Shown: one piece after another, positions 35,701 to 41,700 of the stretch
Layout: every line of letters starts with the position of its first letter
Position numbering within the stretch: the stretch's first letter is position 1
Assembly (NCBI GenBank): GCA_051744825.1
Contig: JBNJDL010000002.1
Coordinates: forward strand, 1 to 50,527
DNA length: 50,527 nt
Direction: 5' to 3'
From: Bacillota bacterium
GTDB lineage: Bacteria > Bacillota > Halanaerobiia > Halanaerobiales > DATFIM01
Made by a program: the position numbers and the translations under genes
Notes under the pieces: model-generated
Told to the model about the DNA's origin: nothing
Database searches by the model: none
Seen by the model: the letters and a program-made list of their open reading frames with translations, nothing else

Positions 35701-38700
35701 AAGAATAATGAAGGATATTTTCAAGATAGAATTAATGAAATATATCAACTTTTTAGTAAACACGGGCTTGAAAACCTTGATGAAATTGGTAATTTTATAG
35801 AAAGTTTACCAATGACAAAAAGAACTATATTATATGACAATGTTAGATTCTCAACGAATAAAGTAAGTGAAAATAGTATTGGTTATAATAAAGAATTGCC
35901 TAAATCTTACAATAGAGTGGCTGATAATTTTGATAAAAATGAAGTTTTAAATGTACATTATAACAATTTAAAAAATACTAATTTGCTTTTAGAATTGAAT
36001 AGAACTAAAGCAAGAGATGAATACGGCAATCCATTGTTATTGTTTCACGGAAGCACACATAAAATTAATTTTCCTTCACCTAATAAATCGACACCGCGTG
36101 GTTTTTTAGGCAAAAGTTTTTATACTAGCACAAAAGTTGATGATGTAATGACAAATTATTTATTAGATGGTTCTGATTTAAAACAAAGAAAAGGAAGATT
36201 AGAAGAAAAATTATATGAAATGCAAGATTATGAATTACTTGAAAAAGCAGATGCACATAACATTGATTATGACGAAATTTCACCTGATATACCAAACATA
36301 GTAGAAAAAATAGTAGATAAAGAATTGATTGGCGAAGGGGAATATGTTTATCCAGTTTATTTAGATATCAAAAATCCTTTCGTGATTGATGAAAACAGTA
36401 ATGATAGAACTATAAAAATTAGATATGATGAATATACTATGGAAATGTATGAAATAATACAAGAAAAAGAAAAAAGAATTAAAAAATTAGGTAGAATGGT
36501 AGCTGGAATGAATCCTAGTGAGAGGAATGAGTCATTTTTAGAAAATGCTAAAAAAGAAATAATAGAATTAGAAGAAGAACTTGAAATGGATATTGAAGAT
36601 TTTCAAGATGAAGCTATGTATTCGGAACTAGAAGGAAACCTTGTTGATATAGTTGAAGGTATTGCTTCATTCTTAAAATATGATTCTGATATAGAAGATT
36701 TCATTAATCAATCAGAAAATATAGAAGCAGAAATATATGAAGAATTAGATGCATATTTAAATGATTCAAATCCTTATTTAGAATTCACTCCATACGAAGT
36801 GTTTGAAGCAATAAAGAATGTATTAATAGATAAAGAGTTTATGTTTAATGATTTTCATTTAGATGATAATTTTTACAATCCAATAGGCGAAATTATAAGA
36901 CGTGGATTAAAAAGTGCTGGTTTTGATGGTGTAATATTAAAGAATGCTGAAGATAGATTTAATGGTTATGGTTTATCAGTACCTTATGGAACAGACCATT
37001 ATATGGCATTTAACTCTGACCAAATTTATTTCTTTGATGATTATGATTTAGAACAAAAAGAAAGAAATCCATATAAAAATGTTGATTGGGAAGATTATCA
37101 AATTGAAAATTCAGAAACTTGGGAAGAAAAAACTAAAAATAATAAAACAGTTAAACGTTATATGCAAGAACATGATGTTGTTGAAATGATATCTGTTGAT
37201 TGGTTAGATAAATTTAAAGAATTCAGAAGAAATCAAAAAGGTCTTTCAACTGCTGAAAATGCTGAACAACTTGTAAAATCTATTTCTGAAGAAGGTATTA
37301 AAGAACCTATAATAATAGATTATAATGCTAAATCTCAAAAAGCACATATTGCAGAAGGTAACAATCGGTTGATGATAGCACAAAAGATTGGTGCTGAAAA
37401 AGTGCCAGTTAGAGTCATGAATTCAAAATATGAATCTAATGTAATCAATTACAAGGTGCAAAATCCTAAAATAGATTCAAATACTAATCAAGCAGATTTT
37501 AAATTAACTGATATAGTGCCAAAATGGGAATTGGAAAACAATATTGAGCAAAACTACAATCTAAGGTTCTCGATGGAAAATATAAAAGATTTTAGAACTG
37601 AATTAACTGGTTCATTTAAAGGTCAAAATAATTTTTCTAAAATAGCTGTAGTAGATGATATTAAAATGGGAGAAATAGAATATTCTACATTAGAGAATGA
37701 TATAGATAATAAAATTTATATTAAAATGATTGAAGTACCAAAAGAGTTTAGAAGAAGGAAAATTGCACATCAAATGCTTTATGATTTGCAAGAAAACAAT
37801 CCTGATAAAACAATTGACTTTGGTTATTTTACAAGCGATGGTTCTAAAATGATAAATGCTATCGCAGATAAGGTGGAGAGTAAATACTATGATGATTTTG
37901 AAAGATTAGAGGAAATTAATAAAAAATTAGAAAGGTTAGAAAATGCTGATTATGATTCTCTATCTGAAGAAGAAAAAGAGTCGTGGAATCCTTTAAATGA
38001 TGAGCAAATTGATTTAGAAAATAAATTAAGAAACAAAAACAAGTATAATTACAAAATTAAACCTGTTGAAAATAATAATTTGGTTCAGCCAACATCAAAA
38101 AAATGGGATAAAGGAGCGACATACGAAGAAGTCAAAAAACAATTCCCTGATGTTAATGGTGAAGTGGAAGAAGGTAAAGAGGCTCATTCTACACAAATCA
38201 AGACAACTTTAGGAACTTATCAAAAAGTTATTGATGAATTTGTTGAAAAAAATAACAAAGTTTTAGATTTTAGTGCTGGTTTAGGTTATGGCACAAGATA
38301 TGGTAAATTTAAAAACTTTGGTATTGAATTTGACATTTCTTCAAAACAAGTAACTTTAGATAATGTACAAAGTAAATATTCTAAAATAATAACATCACAT
38401 GGCTATAAGAAGAAGAAAGATTCTTATGTTAAAGATATAAGTAATTTAGAAGAATCGGAATACATGTCTGATATTGATTCAATGATAAAAAAAATAAAAG
38501 GTTTATTCCCTGAAGATGCTGAAATGTTATTCGAAGCTAGCGAACCATTTGCAGAAGAATATTACAATCCAGAGTATACTGATTCAAAAGAAATAGCTTC
38601 AAATAAATATGATTTAGTTATTAATAATGCCGTATTAAATGTAGTGACTCAAGATGTAAGAGATGATATAGTTGCTGAAATAGGTAGAGTTTTAAAACCT

Positions 38701-41700
38701 GACGGCAAAGCAATAATAATGGCTCGTGGTAGAAGTGGCATTGTAAATTCTAAGACAGGCAAGAAAATTGAAGGTGGAAATAAATATGCTAGATATATGC
38801 CAAATAAAAAATCATATCAAAAAGGTTTTTCAAAAGGCGAATTATTTGAATATGTAAAAGATGTATTGAACCAAAAATCAGAAGGCGTTGATTTTGAAGT
38901 AGAAAAAATGCGTAAATCTAATTCAGGTACAGCATCAACTAAAAATGGCGTTATAATAACTAAGAAATCTAAGATGTTTGATGTTAGATTTTCAGCAGAA
39001 GAAAATAATATTCCTACAAGACCGCCAAGATTGCCTGATGACGCATTTTTTGAAATGGAAGAAGATTTATATGATGCTAAGATGAAACAATGGGAAAAGT
39101 ACCAAAATGACTTCAGAAAGCATACTAAAAAAATACTTGACCAAGATAATGTGTTTAGTATAAGAAAAGGTGATGATTTTGCGATTATACACCCAAGTAC
39201 CAAAGGTAGTAATTATCAAATTAGTTATTTTGATAAAGACGGCGTTTGGGGCGATACACAACATGAAACATTTGAACAAGTTATAAATGATTTATTTGAG
39301 CATAACTTTGATGATATAGAAAATTTAGAAAGAATGTCAGATGTTAGATTTTCAACTAATCAAGAAAAAGTAGGAAAAAAAGTAGGGTATACATCTTATG
39401 TTCATAAATCAGCAATAGATGCATTGAATAATAATTTAAAAAAATTACATGATAATGCAGTACAACATATACCAAAAGAATTTGGTGATTATGAAATAGT
39501 TAAAATTAATAAAAAGACAGGTTTTGTTAGTTTTATAAAATCACCTAATTGGGATACGGCACATGAACCTACAGTAGGGGATTCTATTAAAATTAAAAAT
39601 GATGGCGAATATAGTATAAGACATGCATCTAAAAAGAATCCTAAAATTTATCATCATAAACATTTATTTGTTAAAGAAAATTATGAAGGTTTTGATATTC
39701 AAGAGTCACGATTAAGAAGTCAAATTTGGAATAATTTAGATGGTATAAATAAACGAAAAATAGGTTCGAAAAAATATTGGGAAGAAACTGTATTACCTAA
39801 GATTAATAAGGAAATACAAAATCTTAAAGAAAATGATGAATATAATAAAAGAACAGATTTAACAGAAAATGTTGAAAAATGGTTTGAAAATCATGTGAGA
39901 TTTTCTACTGAAAATGTTGAAAAATCAAAACTTGATGAAAGAATAAGAGAATTAAAAGTTAAAATTGAGCAACTGGAAAAAGATGTAGAGAAAGACCCTA
40001 ATTTAAGATATGAGTTAAGAAATGCAAGAATTGAATATTTTGGTTTAGGCGTTGAAAAAATAAGTAGAAATACTGAATATGCTTTTGAAAAAGTAGTGAA
40101 TTCGTGGTTTCAATCAAAAGATTTAAAACAATTTAGAAGTATGGTTAAAATCAAAAAACTTCAAAATAGAATCAAAAGTATAACTGGAGAAAAAAGTAAG
40201 TTAGGCAATATAATTTATGGTAAAGAAGCTAAAAAACTAGATAGTGCAATACAAATTTATATTGATTTGTTAGGCAATACTGATGAAATGATTGAAAAAT
40301 ATTATGATAAATTAACTGATGAGCAAAAAGAAATTGTTGATTTAAGTCAAGATTTACCTGACGAAGCAAAGCAAATAGCTGATGAAGTACTAGCAATGTC
40401 AGAGGAAATAGGACAACGTGGTTTAAGTGCAGGAGTGCTTAAAAATCTTAGAGAAAATCATTTATCTAGATTTTGGTTAGATGATAAAGAAAGAGATAAA
40501 AGTAATGTATCTCATGCTAAATTCAGTACAAAAACTAGTCTTGCTAAAATGAGAACTTTAGAATCTATATTAGAAGGCTGGGCTAATAATAAAGAATTAG
40601 CTATGAAAGGTGCAACAACTGCGTTAGATGCACAACTTGATTCTTTAGTTAAAGCTATAGAAGATGATAGATTAATAAATACAATGTTAAACACTAAAGG
40701 TTTTGAAGATGAAAAATTGCTTATAAATTATAAAGCTGATGGGTATGTTCCAATAAATCACCCAATGTTTAAAAAATGGTTTCCAGTTAATGGTAATTAT
40801 GAGAAAAAAGATTTTAAAATTGATGATGCTAGAGAAGGTCAATTAGTAGAAGTAGATGGGAGAAAAGGCAGATTAGGTAAATTTGATAAGAAGCAAATAA
40901 AAGGACAATTTAATATTGATGGTGAAGAATCTAAGAAAATAATACCTATTATATTTGAAGAAAAAGGCGGAACAATTGTTGAAAAACATAATGTAAGCGA
41001 TATAGAAAAAATATCAGCTTCAGGTAAAGATTTCTTCATAGATGATAGCGACACAATTTGGGCTAACAAAACTTTATATATGCCTGAAAAACAAGCCAAA
41101 AGAATGAACAAAATTTTAGGAAAATCTACATTATACGATGTTGAATTCTTAGGCACAAAACCTTTTGATTGGTTTACAACAGTTAATGGCATGTTAAAGT
41201 CTTGGATACTTCAAACTTCATTTTTTCATCATTTAGCATTCATGAGAAGTTATTATTTAGGTACTAACAATAAAAAAACATCTGAATTGAACTTCTATAA
41301 AGCATATAAAAACGGAATGGATAAAATTGAGAATTTAAATGAAGATATTGAATTGTTAGTTAAAAATGGAATGACTTTAGGTAGATTACAAGATTGGGAA
41401 GAAAGAGTATTTAATCAAGAACAAGGTCGCATAGGCAAGTTATTAGATAAAACTAAAGCGACTAAAGTAATTAAGAATAAAATGTTGGAATATAGAGAAA
41501 GACAAGCTAATTTCTTATTTAAACAGTTTGGTGCTGGTCTTAAAGCACAAGCTGGTTTAATAGAATTAAGACATATGCGAAATAAATACAAAAAAGAGTT
41601 AGCTAATGGAACGGTCACTGAAGATAAAATTGCTGAAACAGTAGGTAATTTATTAAACAATGACTTTGGTGGATTGCATTTGCAAAGATTAGAGCGTAAT

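Noticed and set aside
29010-41660. About a dozen minus-strand ORFs inside the giant gene (for example 33252-33752, 38817-39203 and 40839-41192).
   Set aside because: All are S/F/L/I-rich mirror images of K/E/N-rich coding sequence, have no RBSs and are fully nested. This is typical antisense noise in AT-rich DNA.
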